64,000 nucleotides of DNA from Candidatus Acidiferrales bacterium (GTDB lineage: Bacteria > Acidobacteriota > Terriglobia > Acidiferrales > UBA7541). The notes below the pieces were generated by a model, which saw only the letters and a list, made by a program, of their open reading frames with translations, was not told where the DNA came from and ran no database searches. The stretch spans positions 4,768,817 to 4,832,816 of the forward strand of contig OY969770.1 of NCBI GenBank assembly GCA_963702915.1, in the 5' to 3' direction. The stretch's first letter is position 1. The number at the start of each line of letters is the position of its first letter. A program made the position numbers and the translations under genes. Of this stretch, positions 19,500 to 29,495 are shown one piece after another.

Positions 19500-20420
19500 T
19501 TAGTGAACGGTCGGATCGGTGATGCTGCCAATTGCGCCGTGACGGTCTGCGCCGTGGAGGGCGCCCGAGGAATCGCGGAAAAAGGAAAGTTTTCCGGTGC
19601 GGCCGTATTCGATGGGGATAGCGGCGAGTTCGTATTTTGCGGGAGCGCCCGTGGTATTTGCGCCGACGACGACATAGCGGAAGGAGTAACCATCTTTGCG
19701 GCCTTCGGCGAACTCACGCGTAATCAAATCGGCCTTTTCGCTCTTGGCCTGGCCCTGAGTTGGGGGGCCGAGTACGGCCAAAGCTTCGGGGAGGCGCGTA
19801 TAGGTTCTGCGATACGTCTCGATGGCCGCAGACAATTGCTTCATGGAATCGATGGCGGAGCGTTCATTTTTCGAGATTTCGGCGCGATCCCACTCCTCGC
19901 CGAGGGAGGGCAGATCGAGGAAGAGGAGGCCGAGGGAGAGCAGTTTCCACTGTCCGGCTTCGCGAACGAGAGTGATGAGGACGCGATGAGAGTCCGGGTC
20001 AACCGGAGCGGCGGCATCGCCGATGGTGAGAGGGAGATATGCGAGGTTTTCACGCAGTTCAGGCTTGCCGATATGCATTTTCGTGCTGACATCCGGAGTA
20101 ACGCAAAAAACGTTAAGACCGCCGGAGTCATCGAATTCGGCGCGAGGCTGACCGGGATTGTCCAGGAGGACGAAGCGCTTGAGGAAGGTGGAGCGGGTGG
20201 CAGGGGTCAACCGGGTAAAGGCCTCTGCATTGCGAACGGTGAGGAAGCGGGCAAAGTCCGTGGAATTCTGCGAGCAAGCGGCGATCAAAGTGTCGCGTAA
20301 AGTGAGAGCAGGGTCAGCGGGAACATCCGACTGAGCAAGCGCGCTGGAAGAAGCAGGACAAAGGAGGAAAGTAAGGAGGGAGAGACGAAGACACCAACGC
20401 AGAGACTTCCGATCGAGCAA
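19500..20420 (-). CDS. Secreted hypothetical protein with pilin/pseudopilin-like C-terminal domain
   Basis: TTG 20420 after GAGAGGA; signal peptide; C-terminal GYSFRY...YELAAIPIEYGRTGKLSFFRD resembles acidobacterial pilin-like domains. Confidence 0.6.
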   Translation of the reverse strand: MLDRKSLRWCLRLSLLTFLLCPASSSALAQSDVPADPALTLRDTLIAACSQNSTDFARFLTVRNAEAFTRLTPATRSTFLKRFVLLDNPGQPRAEFDDSGGLNVFCVTPDVSTKMHIGKPELRENLAYLPLTIGDAAAPVDPDSHRVLITLVREAGQWKLLSLGLLFLDLPSLGEEWDRAEISKNERSAIDSMKQLSAAIETYRRTYTRLPEALAVLGPPTQGQAKSEKADLITREFAEGRKDGYSFRYVVVGANTTGAPAKYELAAIPIEYGRTGKLSFFRDSSGALHGADRHGAIGSITDPTVH

Positions 20421-20430
20421 GACGTTCCTC

Positions 20431-20781
20431 TCAATTCCTGGCAGTTTCCAGGAGCGCAGCAATATTTTTTGTAAACTCAGAACGCGGCAAAACATCCGAA
20501 CAGCCAGCAGACCGGGCCATCGCTGCAAGTTCCACCTGCACGTGGGATAAGAAAGCTACCACGGGCAGGTCCTTGTGAGTTGCGCGAAGATGCTCAATGG
20601 TTGCCACGGGGCTGCTGCGCGCGTTCAGATCAATGATAACAAGTTTGGTAGGGGGATCGAGCAGGTTGAGAAGGGCTTCGCCGGTCGTGGCCACTTGAAA
20701 ATCCACGCCCAATTGTTTGGCGGTCTCCGCAATTTTCATCTGAAAGAAGAGATCGTCCATTAGGGCAACGGCACGTCCCAT
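20431..20781 (-). CDS. Stand-alone, atypical response-regulator receiver domain
   Basis: DD pair and VIIDL phosphoacceptor position; the conserved Lys-Pro appears replaced (LPRS). Start moved to ATG 20781. Confidence 0.7.
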   Translation of the reverse strand: MGRAVALMDDLFFQMKIAETAKQLGVDFQVATTGEALLNLLDPPTKLVIIDLNARSSPVATIEHLRATHKDLPVVAFLSHVQVELAAMARSAGCSDVLPRSEFTKNIAALLETARN

Positions 20782-20923
20782 GGGTGTGCCTCCTGTGAGC
20801 GATGCGTCCCGCCGGACTTTTCCAGGGTGGCCCACCAGCATACAATCAGCGTGCTCCGATGAGAAGGGCGATGCAAGCAATTTCCCGAGTGTTCATGAAG
20901 AAGCGGATTGACGAGGGCGTGTT

Positions 20924-21226
20924 ATGACGGAGCATCCTGAAGAGCAACGCCTGGCGAGGGCAGAACCACTAGAGGTAACGCTGTACACGCGGCCGGGATG
21001 TCATTTGTGCGAAGAAGCGAAGGCGGTGATGGAGCCGCTGCTTGTAGAGTTCGGCGCAAAACTGTGCGAAGTGAATATTGCGGGTGATGCGGCGCTTGAG
21101 GAGCAGTTCGGGTTGGACATTCCGGTGGTGTTTGTTGGATCGCGGAAGGCGGCGAAGCATCGCGTGGAGAGGGAGCAGTTTCGACGGCAGTTGATGGAGG
21201 CGCGGGAGAAAAAAGACGGCGGGTAG
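20924..21226 (+). CDS. Glutaredoxin-like protein (DUF836 type)
   Basis: LYTRPGCHLCE and DIPVV. Confidence 0.88.
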   Translation: MTEHPEEQRLARAEPLEVTLYTRPGCHLCEEAKAVMEPLLVEFGAKLCEVNIAGDAALEEQFGLDIPVVFVGSRKAAKHRVEREQFRRQLMEAREKKDGG

Positions 21227-21238
21227 GGATTCGGGAGG

Positions 21239-21437
21239 GGACCGCGTCCGAAGGCGGTCCTAACGGGAGTGAAGTGGCGAAAAGCGAATTAAGCCCACAA
21301 GCAAAAGACATATGTGGATAACCAACCCAAGACCCAGGCACACACTCCGTGCCTGGGGCAACCGGCTTCCTTCGCCGATCAGGAGATCGGCGTTCCCAGA
21401 AAAACCCAAGAGCACAGTCAGGAGTGACTGTGCTACA
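21239..21437. repeat. Mosaic of three different hairpin repeats between convergent genes
   Basis: ggaccgcgtccgaaggcggtcc; ccaggcac-acactcc-gtgcctgg (also at 61274-61313); gcacagtcaggagtgactgtgctac (also at 16458 and 56990). Confidence 0.8.
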
Positions 21438-21451
21438 GGCTACATCAGTAT

Positions 21452-21895
21452 TTACTCGGAGGTATCGGGGCTGTGGGCGCCTACGGTTTCGTCCGGATCG
21501 TCCCCGGGACGGCCTTGAAGGCGGTCGTAGACACTGATCTGGCTGACGGAGCCGAGAGCCTCGTTGTAAAAGGTGGGGATGCCGAGGGCGGTGCGGAGTT
21601 CTTCGTTGAACTTGCGCAAATTGGCGAGTTGAGGAGCAAGAGCGGGATACTTAACGTTATCGTCGGTGAGCAGGAATTTCTGATAGCCGGCGTCCCAGAG
21701 ACGGGTGAATCGGCCGTTGAGCATGATGGAGGGAAGAATGGTCATCTGGAAGTGGCCGTCGGGAACCTGGCGGAACTCGGCGCCGCAACCGTATTTTTCC
21801 ACGCGGACAACGCCACGCGTGCTGCCCACGCCAAAGCCGAGGGCGGCGAGACTGTCCATGGATTTCTTTTCAAAACGTTCATCGACGTTCCACAT
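21452..21895 (-). CDS. Hypothetical protein
   Basis: 147-aa ORF with normal composition bounded by REP cluster and peptidase gene; no family recognised. Confidence 0.6.
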   Translation of the reverse strand: MWNVDERFEKKSMDSLAALGFGVGSTRGVVRVEKYGCGAEFRQVPDGHFQMTILPSIMLNGRFTRLWDAGYQKFLLTDDNVKYPALAPQLANLRKFNEELRTALGIPTFYNEALGSVSQISVYDRLQGRPGDDPDETVGAHSPDTSE

Positions 21896-21944
21896 AATGA
21901 TTCCAGAGTACGATTCCTGGCGTTAGGTGTAAAGGACGAGGCGA

Positions 21945-24260
21945 TCAAGGCGCTGTGGCAGGCAGGTGCTCTTCGAGATAGCGCGTGAGCAAGGAGTAGA
22001 GATGATAGTGAGTGCCTTCGCCTTCGGAAAGGGAGTGGGTGCGACCGGGGTACTCCATGAAATCGAAAGGTTTGCCGAGTTCGACGAGGCGATTGAGGAG
22101 CAGTTCGGTGCCCTGGTAGTGGACATTGTCGTCGCCGGGGCTATGGACGATGAGGAGATTACCGCGGAGGCCTTCGGCAAAATTAATAGCGGAGGAAGCC
22201 TGATAGCCGGCGGCGTTTTCTTTCGGTAAGCCCATGTAACGCTCCTGGTAAATGGTGTCGTAAAGGCGCTGGTCGGCGACGGGAGCGACGCTCATACCCA
22301 CCTTGTATAAGTCGGGAGAACGAAACATGAGATTCAGCGTGTTCGTGCCGCCACCGCTCCAACCCCACACGGCGACGCGTGAAGAATCGAGGAAGGAATA
22401 GGTGCGCTCGAGCTGCTGGAGGGCGGCAGCTTGCTCCTTTGAAGAAAGCACGCCGACGGAACCGTAAATGATTTTTCGCCAGTCGCGGCCGCGCGGAGCT
22501 GGTGTGCCGCGGTTGTCAATGCTGAGGACCACGTAGCCTTGCTTGGCGATGAAACGATGGAAGAGCACTTCCGTGCCGCCCCAGGAATCGAGGACGGTTT
22601 GTCCGGCGGGTTCGCCGTAAACATAGACGAGGACCGGATATTTCTTAGCGGCGTCGAAATTGTCCGGCTTGAGCATCCAGGCATCGAGAACAACGCCACC
22701 GCCGATATCCACCTTCAAGAATTGCGCCAGCTGGGAGAACGTGGATTTCAATTGCGTGCGAAGGGAGGCGTTGTCTTCGAGGGTCCGCTGGAGATGCTGA
22801 CTGGGAAACTGAACGAGTTCGACGACCGGCGGATTGCCGAAGCTGGAAGCGGTGTGCAGCGCCCAATGAAAGTCGGGAGAAACGTCGTACTCGTGCCAGC
22901 CGGGCTGGTCCGCGGGGGTAAGACGCTCGGGTGTGCCAGTGCCATCGAGCTTGCTGCGATAGAGGTAGCGTTGCGTGGGGTTGTCGGGCGAGGCAAGGTA
23001 GTAGAGCCACTCATCGTTGGGATCCGCGCGCACAACGGAGATGACATCGAAGGCGCCGGGAGTGGCGAGGTGAATTTGTTTGGTGTCGCGTGAAACTGTG
23101 TAAACATGGCGCCAGGAGTCGCGTTCACTAAGCCAGAGAAATTCCTTCCCGTTGTGCAGCCACTCCAGATCCGGCACTACATCGACCCACGCCGAATCAT
23201 GCTCGCTGAGCAGAAAAGTGGTGACGCCGGAGTTGGCATCGGCAAGAAGGACGTCGTTGGTGTCTTGCCGGCGATTCAGATGCTGGATGATAAGAGAATC
23301 GGGATTTTCCGCCCACTCCATCGAAGCGATATAGCTGGTATCGGGGTCGCCGGTGACTTGCATCCATTTCGTTTTGCCGCCGGTGGAAGAGACTACGCCA
23401 ATGCGCACCAAAGAATTTGGCGTTCCCGGCTGCGGGTAGGGGATTTCCTTCGCGAGCGGATAGACGCCGAATTGCGGATAGGGAATATGGGTGACGACTT
23501 CGTAGGGAGCGCCGACGTTGTAAAGAAGGGGAAAATTGCGAACGGTGCTGGTGTTGAATTGCCAATAGGCGATGCGCTTTCCATCGGGACTCCAACGGAA
23601 GGCATCGCGGATGTCCAATTCTTCCTCGTAGACCCAGTCGGAAGTGCCGTTGATGATGGTGGGGGAGCCGTCGCGGGTAAGCTGTGAAATGGAACCGCGC
23701 GCAACGTCCTGCACGTAGAGATTGTTGGCGTGAACGTAGGCGACCTTTTTGCCGTCGGGGGAGAATTTCGCGAACATCAGGGAAGAAGATTCAAAGTCGC
23801 CGCCGAGTTTGCGTAGCGTTTTTGCCTGGCGATCGAAAACCCAGTAATCGCCACGAGTGTTTCTGCGCCAGACGCGCTTGGTGTTGGCGTAAATCAGAAG
23901 GCGATTCAGGTCCGAAGACCAATCGTAATCCTCGATGGTTAGCGGCTCTTTCGCGCCGTGGGGCGTGAGATCGGAAGCGGAAACGAGAATTTGGCGGCGG
24001 CCGGTAGCCGAATCGTACTGCACAAGTTCGCGGACACCTTTTGCAGACGGGGAGGGCTCAAGCGTTGTAAAAGCCTGGCCGTCGTTCAACCAGCGTGAGG
24101 GGCCGAAGGACCGGGCAGAGAATTCGAGTTTGAGGAAAACGCGGCGGAGGAAATCGTTGTTATCCGGCGCGTTCTGGGCGGACGCAGCAGGTGCAGCGAG
24201 GAGTGCTGCGGCGAAGAGTGCCGTAGGAGCAAGCACGAAGAGAAACTTGCGTCGGTTCAT
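21945..24260 (-). CDS. S9-family peptidase (dipeptidyl peptidase IV-like)
   Basis: DPP IV N-terminal propeller (DWVYEEE); GWSGG nucleophile, DDNV Asp, THSL His. Start moved to ATG 24260. Confidence 0.92.
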   Translation of the reverse strand: MNRRKFLFVLAPTALFAAALLAAPAASAQNAPDNNDFLRRVFLKLEFSARSFGPSRWLNDGQAFTTLEPSPSAKGVRELVQYDSATGRRQILVSASDLTPHGAKEPLTIEDYDWSSDLNRLLIYANTKRVWRRNTRGDYWVFDRQAKTLRKLGGDFESSSLMFAKFSPDGKKVAYVHANNLYVQDVARGSISQLTRDGSPTIINGTSDWVYEEELDIRDAFRWSPDGKRIAYWQFNTSTVRNFPLLYNVGAPYEVVTHIPYPQFGVYPLAKEIPYPQPGTPNSLVRIGVVSSTGGKTKWMQVTGDPDTSYIASMEWAENPDSLIIQHLNRRQDTNDVLLADANSGVTTFLLSEHDSAWVDVVPDLEWLHNGKEFLWLSERDSWRHVYTVSRDTKQIHLATPGAFDVISVVRADPNDEWLYYLASPDNPTQRYLYRSKLDGTGTPERLTPADQPGWHEYDVSPDFHWALHTASSFGNPPVVELVQFPSQHLQRTLEDNASLRTQLKSTFSQLAQFLKVDIGGGVVLDAWMLKPDNFDAAKKYPVLVYVYGEPAGQTVLDSWGGTEVLFHRFIAKQGYVVLSIDNRGTPAPRGRDWRKIIYGSVGVLSSKEQAAALQQLERTYSFLDSSRVAVWGWSGGGTNTLNLMFRSPDLYKVGMSVAPVADQRLYDTIYQERYMGLPKENAAGYQASSAINFAEGLRGNLLIVHSPGDDNVHYQGTELLLNRLVELGKPFDFMEYPGRTHSLSEGEGTHYHLYSLLTRYLEEHLPATAP

Positions 24261-24425
24261 CAGATTCAACCAGGAATGAATTTGTACGAGCAAGACTGCG
24301 GGGATTGTATACCAAGAAGTCTTTAGCGCGAATCCTTTCTCGGAGTTCGATGCGTGCATTGGGTGGGAGACGATTGGCTTCTCCGAAGCGGGGAGCACAG
24401 GTAGAATATTCATTAGAGGAACATT

Positions 24426-25610
24426 ATGGCCACCAAGACACCGCCGTTGACCGGGCACCCTCCGGCAGCGAGCCTGACGAATGAAGAAATCCTGCGATAC
24501 AGCCGGCACCTGATCATGCCGGAAGTAGGCATGGAGGGTCAGCTGAAACTGAAAGGCGCAAAAGTGCTGCTGATCGGGACGGGCGGCTTGGGTGCGCCGC
24601 TGGGGCTGTACCTGACGGCTGCGGGAGTGGGCAAGATCGGGCTGGTGGATTTCGATGTGGTGGATTTCACGAACCTGCAACGGCAGGTGACGTTTGGAAC
24701 CAGTGACGTGGGCAAGCCGAAAACCGAAGCGGCGAAGGCGCGCCTGAGCAACCTGAATCCCGACGTGGAAATCGCGACGTACGAAACGAAGTTGACCAGC
24801 GAGAATGCCCTGGAGCTGTTCAAGGATTACGACGTCATCGCGGACGGCACCGACAATTTCCCCACGAGATATCTGGTGAACGACGCTTGTATTCTGCTGG
24901 GCAAGCCGAATGTTTACGGGTCCATTTTCCGATTTGAAGGGCAGGTGACGGTGTTCGGGATGCCGGATGGCCCGTGCTATCGCTGCCTGTATCCGGAGCC
25001 GCCCCCGCCGGGGCTGGTGCCTTCGTGCGCGGAGGGCGGAGTGCTGGGTGTGCTCCCCGGGATTATCGGTTCACTGCAGGCGATGGAAACGATCAAGCTG
25101 ATCCTGGGCCGGGGAGACTCCCTGGTGGGAAGGCTGCTGCTGTTCGATGCGCTGGCGGTGAAGTTTCGGGAACTGAAGCTGCGCAAGAACCCACATTGCC
25201 CGATGTGCGGAACGCATCGCAAAATTCACGAGTTGATTGATTACAACGAGTTTTGCGGCATACGGGGAGAAGAAGAGCCGGAAGTGAATCTGCACGTACC
25301 GGAAATTACGCCGCACGAGCTGAAGGAGCGGCTGGACCGGGGCGACGAATTGTTCATTCTGGATGTTCGCGAGCCGCATGAATACCAGATCTGCAATTTG
25401 AAGGGACACTTGATCCCCCTGGGCGAATTGCCGCGGCGCGTGCATGAACTGGACTCTTCGCATGAAATTGTGGCGCATTGCCGGAGCGGGAAGCGTTCGG
25501 CGGAAGCGGTGGATTTTTTGCGCAAAGCGGGGTTCCGCAAGGTGTTGAATTTGCGCGGTGGCATCCTGTCGTGGTCCACGGAAGTGGATCCGAGCATGCC
25601 ACGCTACTAA
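24426..25610 (+). CDS. moeB: MoeB/ThiF adenylyltransferase fused to a rhodanese domain (MoeZ type)
   Basis: RYSRH, GTGGLG, NLQRQ, CYRC and CPMC zinc pairs, C-terminal HCRSGKRS. Confidence 0.9.
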   Translation: MATKTPPLTGHPPAASLTNEEILRYSRHLIMPEVGMEGQLKLKGAKVLLIGTGGLGAPLGLYLTAAGVGKIGLVDFDVVDFTNLQRQVTFGTSDVGKPKTEAAKARLSNLNPDVEIATYETKLTSENALELFKDYDVIADGTDNFPTRYLVNDACILLGKPNVYGSIFRFEGQVTVFGMPDGPCYRCLYPEPPPPGLVPSCAEGGVLGVLPGIIGSLQAMETIKLILGRGDSLVGRLLLFDALAVKFRELKLRKNPHCPMCGTHRKIHELIDYNEFCGIRGEEEPEVNLHVPEITPHELKERLDRGDELFILDVREPHEYQICNLKGHLIPLGELPRRVHELDSSHEIVAHCRSGKRSAEAVDFLRKAGFRKVLNLRGGILSWSTEVDPSMPRY

Positions 25611-25700
25611 GGATTGCGTCTTTGACGCGCTGTCGGCGAACCGCGCCTCGCAATTGCTTGAGCCTAATTCACAAATCAGAAAAGGTGTGAACCCTCGATT

Positions 25701-25760
25701 CCTCAGGGGCTGAAGCCCACGCTCTCTAAGGATTTTTCGGCACGGCTGAAGCCGTGCCCT
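25701..25760. repeat. Family A element
   Basis: cctcaggggctgaagccc...tcggcacggctgaagccgtgccct. Confidence 0.88.
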
Positions 25761-25864
25761 CCCGGTAATCACTCGTGAGATGGTTGGTTGAAATTCTTGA
25801 GGCAGATGGATATCTTGGGGGAGCTATTACGCCGTTAAATTGAGGTTGCTGGACGGAGGATACC

Positions 25865-26095
25865 TTGGCAGGCACGAAAGTCACCATATTTAATAATGGG
25901 CCGCTGCGCATCGAAGGGGATTTTGAGATTGTGGATCAGGAAGGAAAAGCGTTCGGGCTGGGAGGGCGGACGGCGATTTCGCTCTGCCGCTGCGGCCATT
26001 CGAGCAATTCGCCGTTTTGCGATGGAACGCACAAACGGCAGAGTTTTGCGAGCGCAGTGAGCGCGCGGGACCTCCCAGAGACGCCAAAGCCCTGA
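25865..26095 (+). CDS. CDGSH iron-sulfur domain protein
   Basis: CRCGHSSNSPFCDGTH; GGAGGA RBS before TTG. Confidence 0.9.
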   Translation: MAGTKVTIFNNGPLRIEGDFEIVDQEGKAFGLGGRTAISLCRCGHSSNSPFCDGTHKRQSFASAVSARDLPETPKP

Positions 26096-26377
26096 AAAGG
26101 TGCCTCATCCCAAGTTGAGACAGTCTCAGGATGAGATTTTGCACATATTTGAGCATTTCTTGTCTAAACCCCTGCTAACTCTCTGGATACATTCACGATA
26201 ATGCTCCAAAATAGGACATAGGAGCGCGGATTGGCGTCTCGGAGTGTGTCTCAAGTGGAACGCCGCCTTCCAGATGTTCCAGCAAATAATTCATTTTGAG
26301 TAGGTTACGAACATGCCTGAGGCACTCCAAAAGGGCCTGGACGTGCATTCTCCGGTATTGCCGGTTTTCTCTGGCAA

Positions 26378-27718
26378 TTGGGGGATGTTTTGGGAGATTG
26401 GGCCAATATCACGGGGTTTTTCCGCAAGGACCGCGGGCACTTGCCTGCTGTGGCTTATAGCCTCTTGGCGGCATTCTTCGTTGGCGTAGTTCTATACGCG
26501 CGGCACTCCCACGTTTCCGGTTCACCCAATACATACCTTTATCTGGAAGTAGGCGGGTCGTTGCTGTGTTTCTGTTATGCGGCGAATGCGCTGGTGCGCT
26601 TCCGGGGAACGCACGATCGCATCGCACTGATCCTGGCGTTTGGGTTTGTGCTATCGGGGATGATCGAAACGCTGGGCTACTTTGGATTGAGCGATCTGCT
26701 GCGGCTCGGCCCGGTGGCGCTTTCGCACGTACCGATAGGCTGGATGGTGGGGCGGACTTTGTTGGCGGTGTTGCTGCTGGCGGCGCTGGCGGTGGAGCGG
26801 TTCATCCCCACGGCGCGGCAACCGAGCCGGGAAACTGCCGGAGCATTGTTTGTTGTGGCAGCCGCCGCTTATGTGACGAGCGCTGCGTTTATCGCCGCGC
26901 CGGCCACGCCGGTGGCGCAGGCGGGCGCACTTTTCTCGCGGCCATGGGAAGCATTGCCGGGTGGCTTGTTTGTGCTTGCCGCGATTTTCTTTTACCGCAG
27001 GTTCCAGCAGGCCAAGAAGAGCGACAGCGACTCGTCCCTGTACGACTATTCGCTGTTCCTTGTGGCGCTGCTGAACGCCAGTTGCCACCTGGCGGCAACG
27101 TTCTCGCAACGCCTTTTCGACGGACCTTTTTTCCTAGCGGAACTGAGCAAAGTGGCCAGCTATTCCGTGATGCTGTGCGGCGCGCTGATTGATCAGGCAC
27201 GTCTGTTTGACCAAGTGCGCACGCTGGCAGTAAGTGACCCACTGACGGGGCTGGCAAATTACCGGCGGCTGATCGCAGTGATCGAATCGGAGCTGGACCG
27301 CTCTCGCCGGACGCACCGCGCGTTCAGCGTCGTGCTGATGGATATGGATGGCCTGAAGAGCATCAACGACCGTTTCGGGCACCTGGTGGGCAGCCGTTCG
27401 CTGGTGCGCCTGTCCAAGATTTTGCGCAATCATTCGCGAGCGATTGATACGGCCGCCCGGTACGGCGGGGACGAATTCGCGCTGGTGCTGCCGGAAGCGC
27501 CGCGAGATATCGCGTTGCGGGTGTCGTCGCGGATTCGGGAACGGTTGGCGACGGAAGCCGAAGAGCCCGCCCTGTCGGTCAGCGCGGGAATCGCCGCGTA
27601 TCCCGAGGATGGCGACACACCGGAAAAGCTTTTGGGCGCCGCGGACCGCGCACTTTATCGCATGAAACACCGCGGCAGCGCCATGAATTCGATTGCACGC
27701 ATCGCCGCGTGCCTGTGA
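26378..27718 (+). CDS. Membrane-anchored diguanylate cyclase (multi-TM sensor plus GGDEF)
   Basis: About eight hydrophobic segments; DPLTGL; RYGGDEF; I-site RAID. Start uncertain. Confidence 0.88.
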   Translation: MGDVLGDWANITGFFRKDRGHLPAVAYSLLAAFFVGVVLYARHSHVSGSPNTYLYLEVGGSLLCFCYAANALVRFRGTHDRIALILAFGFVLSGMIETLGYFGLSDLLRLGPVALSHVPIGWMVGRTLLAVLLLAALAVERFIPTARQPSRETAGALFVVAAAAYVTSAAFIAAPATPVAQAGALFSRPWEALPGGLFVLAAIFFYRRFQQAKKSDSDSSLYDYSLFLVALLNASCHLAATFSQRLFDGPFFLAELSKVASYSVMLCGALIDQARLFDQVRTLAVSDPLTGLANYRRLIAVIESELDRSRRTHRAFSVVLMDMDGLKSINDRFGHLVGSRSLVRLSKILRNHSRAIDTAARYGGDEFALVLPEAPRDIALRVSSRIRERLATEAEEPALSVSAGIAAYPEDGDTPEKLLGAADRALYRMKHRGSAMNSIARIAACL

Positions 27719-27730
27719 GATGGATGAGCC

Positions 27731-28048
27731 ATGACGCCCAGAGACATCCATCCCCACCCGCGCCGGGAAAAGCGGATTCAGATGGAAGTTCCAGTGATTC
27801 TGGAAGGGCATCGGCATCTTCCGGGCGCGGAAGCCACGTTTACGGAAAACGTCAGCGCCAAAGGTGCACGCGTGGTGAGCATACGCCGCTGGGACAAGAA
27901 TGCCCGGCTGGTATTTGCGTCGCGTACAGGAGAGTTTCGCTCCGCAGCACGGGTAGCATACTGCCATCCCAACCACGGTGAAGGATACGCGGTTGGGCTG
28001 GAGTTCCTGGAGCCGCAAGGGCGATGGGTAGTTGAATCTGCAAATTAG
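27731..28048 (+). CDS. PilZ domain protein
   Basis: RREKR and NVSAKG. Confidence 0.85.
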   Translation: MTPRDIHPHPRREKRIQMEVPVILEGHRHLPGAEATFTENVSAKGARVVSIRRWDKNARLVFASRTGEFRSAARVAYCHPNHGEGYAVGLEFLEPQGRWVVESAN

Positions 28049-28441
28049 CTTGACAAGTTCAGGCGAGCGGATAGGAGGGAACTGCTGGAATATTCTTTAA
28101 GGAAGAAAGTTACAAGCGCAAGAGAGCGCCGAACGGGTCGAGAAGGAGCCGTTCGGCGCTTTCCCTTTTTGGGGATGGTGAAGGTTTCGAGATAAAGAGA
28201 GATTTCTCACTCCGCAGACTCCGTTCGAAATGACGGGATGCCGCTTATCCCGGAGGTGTGCCCTCTGCGGAACTATGGACAAAAAGCCGTACCCTCAAAC
28301 ACCTTCAAGACAACTACAGGAGATTCGGCCCGCGAGGTGGCAGTGTCTCCGGGGTCACATTTGGCGGCAGGGGAATGGTTGTATACTCGGTGCAGAAATT
28401 TTGCGTTCTTTACGTTTTCTTCATTGAGGGAGGCTCATCCG

Positions 28442-29422
28442 TTGAAAATTCTAGTGACCGGCGCGGCAGGCTATATCGGGAGCATCTGCGCGGAAGTATT
28501 ACTGGCGCGCGGCCATCAGGTGATTGCGCTCGACAATTTGCAGGAAGGGCACCGCGCCGCCGTACCGCCGGCAGCGATTTTCTGCCAGGCGGACCTGGCG
28601 ATTCGTTCACAAATCGAAGAGGTCTTTTCCACGCACAAAATGGATGCGGTGATGCATTTTGCCGGGGAAGCGCTGGTGGCCAAGTCGGTGCGTGAGCCCA
28701 GCACATTTTATGCGGCAAATGTGGGATGCGGAGTCAACCTGCTGGACGCGATGGTGCGCCACGGGGTCAACAAATTCATTTTTTCTTCGACGGCGGCGAC
28801 GTATGGCGAGCCGGAAGTGATCCCGATTCCCGAGGATCACCGCAAAGCGCCCATCAATCCGTATGGCAAATCAAAGTTGAGGTTCGAAGAAATATTGGGG
28901 GATTACCGGACGTACACCGGGCTGAAGTTCGTGGCGCTGCGGTATTTCAATGCCGCGGGAGCCACCGTGGAGCGCGGTGAAGCGCATCGCGTGGAGACGC
29001 ACCTGATTCCGCGAGTGCTGGACACGGCGCTGGGCGCGATCCCGCAACTGGAAATTTTCGGTTTCGACTATCCGACACCCGACGGGAGCTGCGTGCGCGA
29101 TTACATTCACGTGCTGGACATTGCGGATTCGCACATACGCGCGCTGGAAGAGATCGAACGCGTGCCAGGGGAAGCGTTTAACGTGGGCAATAGCCAGGGC
29201 TTCAGCAATCTGGAAGTGGTGAAGATGGCGGAGAAGATTACCGGGCGGGAAATTGCGTACAAGCTTTCGCCGCGACGGCCGGGCGACCCGGCGGTGCTGG
29301 TGGCCAGCAACGAAAAGTTGAAGAAGGCATTGGGGTGGGAGCCGAAACATTCTTCGCTGGAGGAGATATTGCAGTCGGGGTGGGATTGGCGGAGGAAGTT
29401 TCCGCACGGGTATGCGAACTGA
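28442..29422 (+). CDS. galE: UDP-glucose 4-epimerase
   Basis: TGAAGYIGS, FSSTAATYG, YGKSK, LRYFN, CVRDYIHV. Start moved to TTG 28442. Confidence 0.93.
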   Translation: MKILVTGAAGYIGSICAEVLLARGHQVIALDNLQEGHRAAVPPAAIFCQADLAIRSQIEEVFSTHKMDAVMHFAGEALVAKSVREPSTFYAANVGCGVNLLDAMVRHGVNKFIFSSTAATYGEPEVIPIPEDHRKAPINPYGKSKLRFEEILGDYRTYTGLKFVALRYFNAAGATVERGEAHRVETHLIPRVLDTALGAIPQLEIFGFDYPTPDGSCVRDYIHVLDIADSHIRALEEIERVPGEAFNVGNSQGFSNLEVVKMAEKITGREIAYKLSPRRPGDPAVLVASNEKLKKALGWEPKHSSLEEILQSGWDWRRKFPHGYAN

Positions 29423-29469
29423 GTTGAGACGTCGAAAAACCTTCGAGGAGGTTTAGATTGTGCGGACAT

Positions 29470-29495
29470 GGGGCGCAGCAGTGCTGCGCCCCTAC
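29470..29495 (-). repeat. GTAG-type REP-like palindrome overlapping the GT4 stop codon
   Basis: Minus strand reads GTAGgggcgcagcactgctgcgcccc; its TAG is the stop at 29492-29494. Confidence 0.75.

Noticed and set aside
18960-20300. 446-aa plus-strand ORF and many other long antisense ORFs (for example 1231-2364, 15160-16152, 51770-53074, 57996-58958, 59394-60395)
   Set aside because: They are shadows of well-supported genes on the opposite strand; GC-rich codon bias suppresses antisense stops and no motifs are recognisable.
21945-24680. 911-aa version of the S9 peptidase and other N-extended ORF-track starts (galE 28238, mscS 33222, radical SAM 61113, ADOP 42640)
   Set aside because: The extensions run through promoters, repeats or neighbouring genes; internal starts fit RBS and family N-termini better.
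24426-26095. MoeB-rhodanese as part of a ubiquitin-like defence or RiPP system
   Set aside because: No E2, JAB, CD-NTase, sulfur carrier or precursor peptide nearby; it looks like an ordinary MoeZ-type enzyme.
26313-26400. Possible frameshifted upstream start for the GGDEF gene
   Set aside because: The ATG at 26313 is out of frame and its peptide shows no recognisable homology; there is no evidence for a frameshift.
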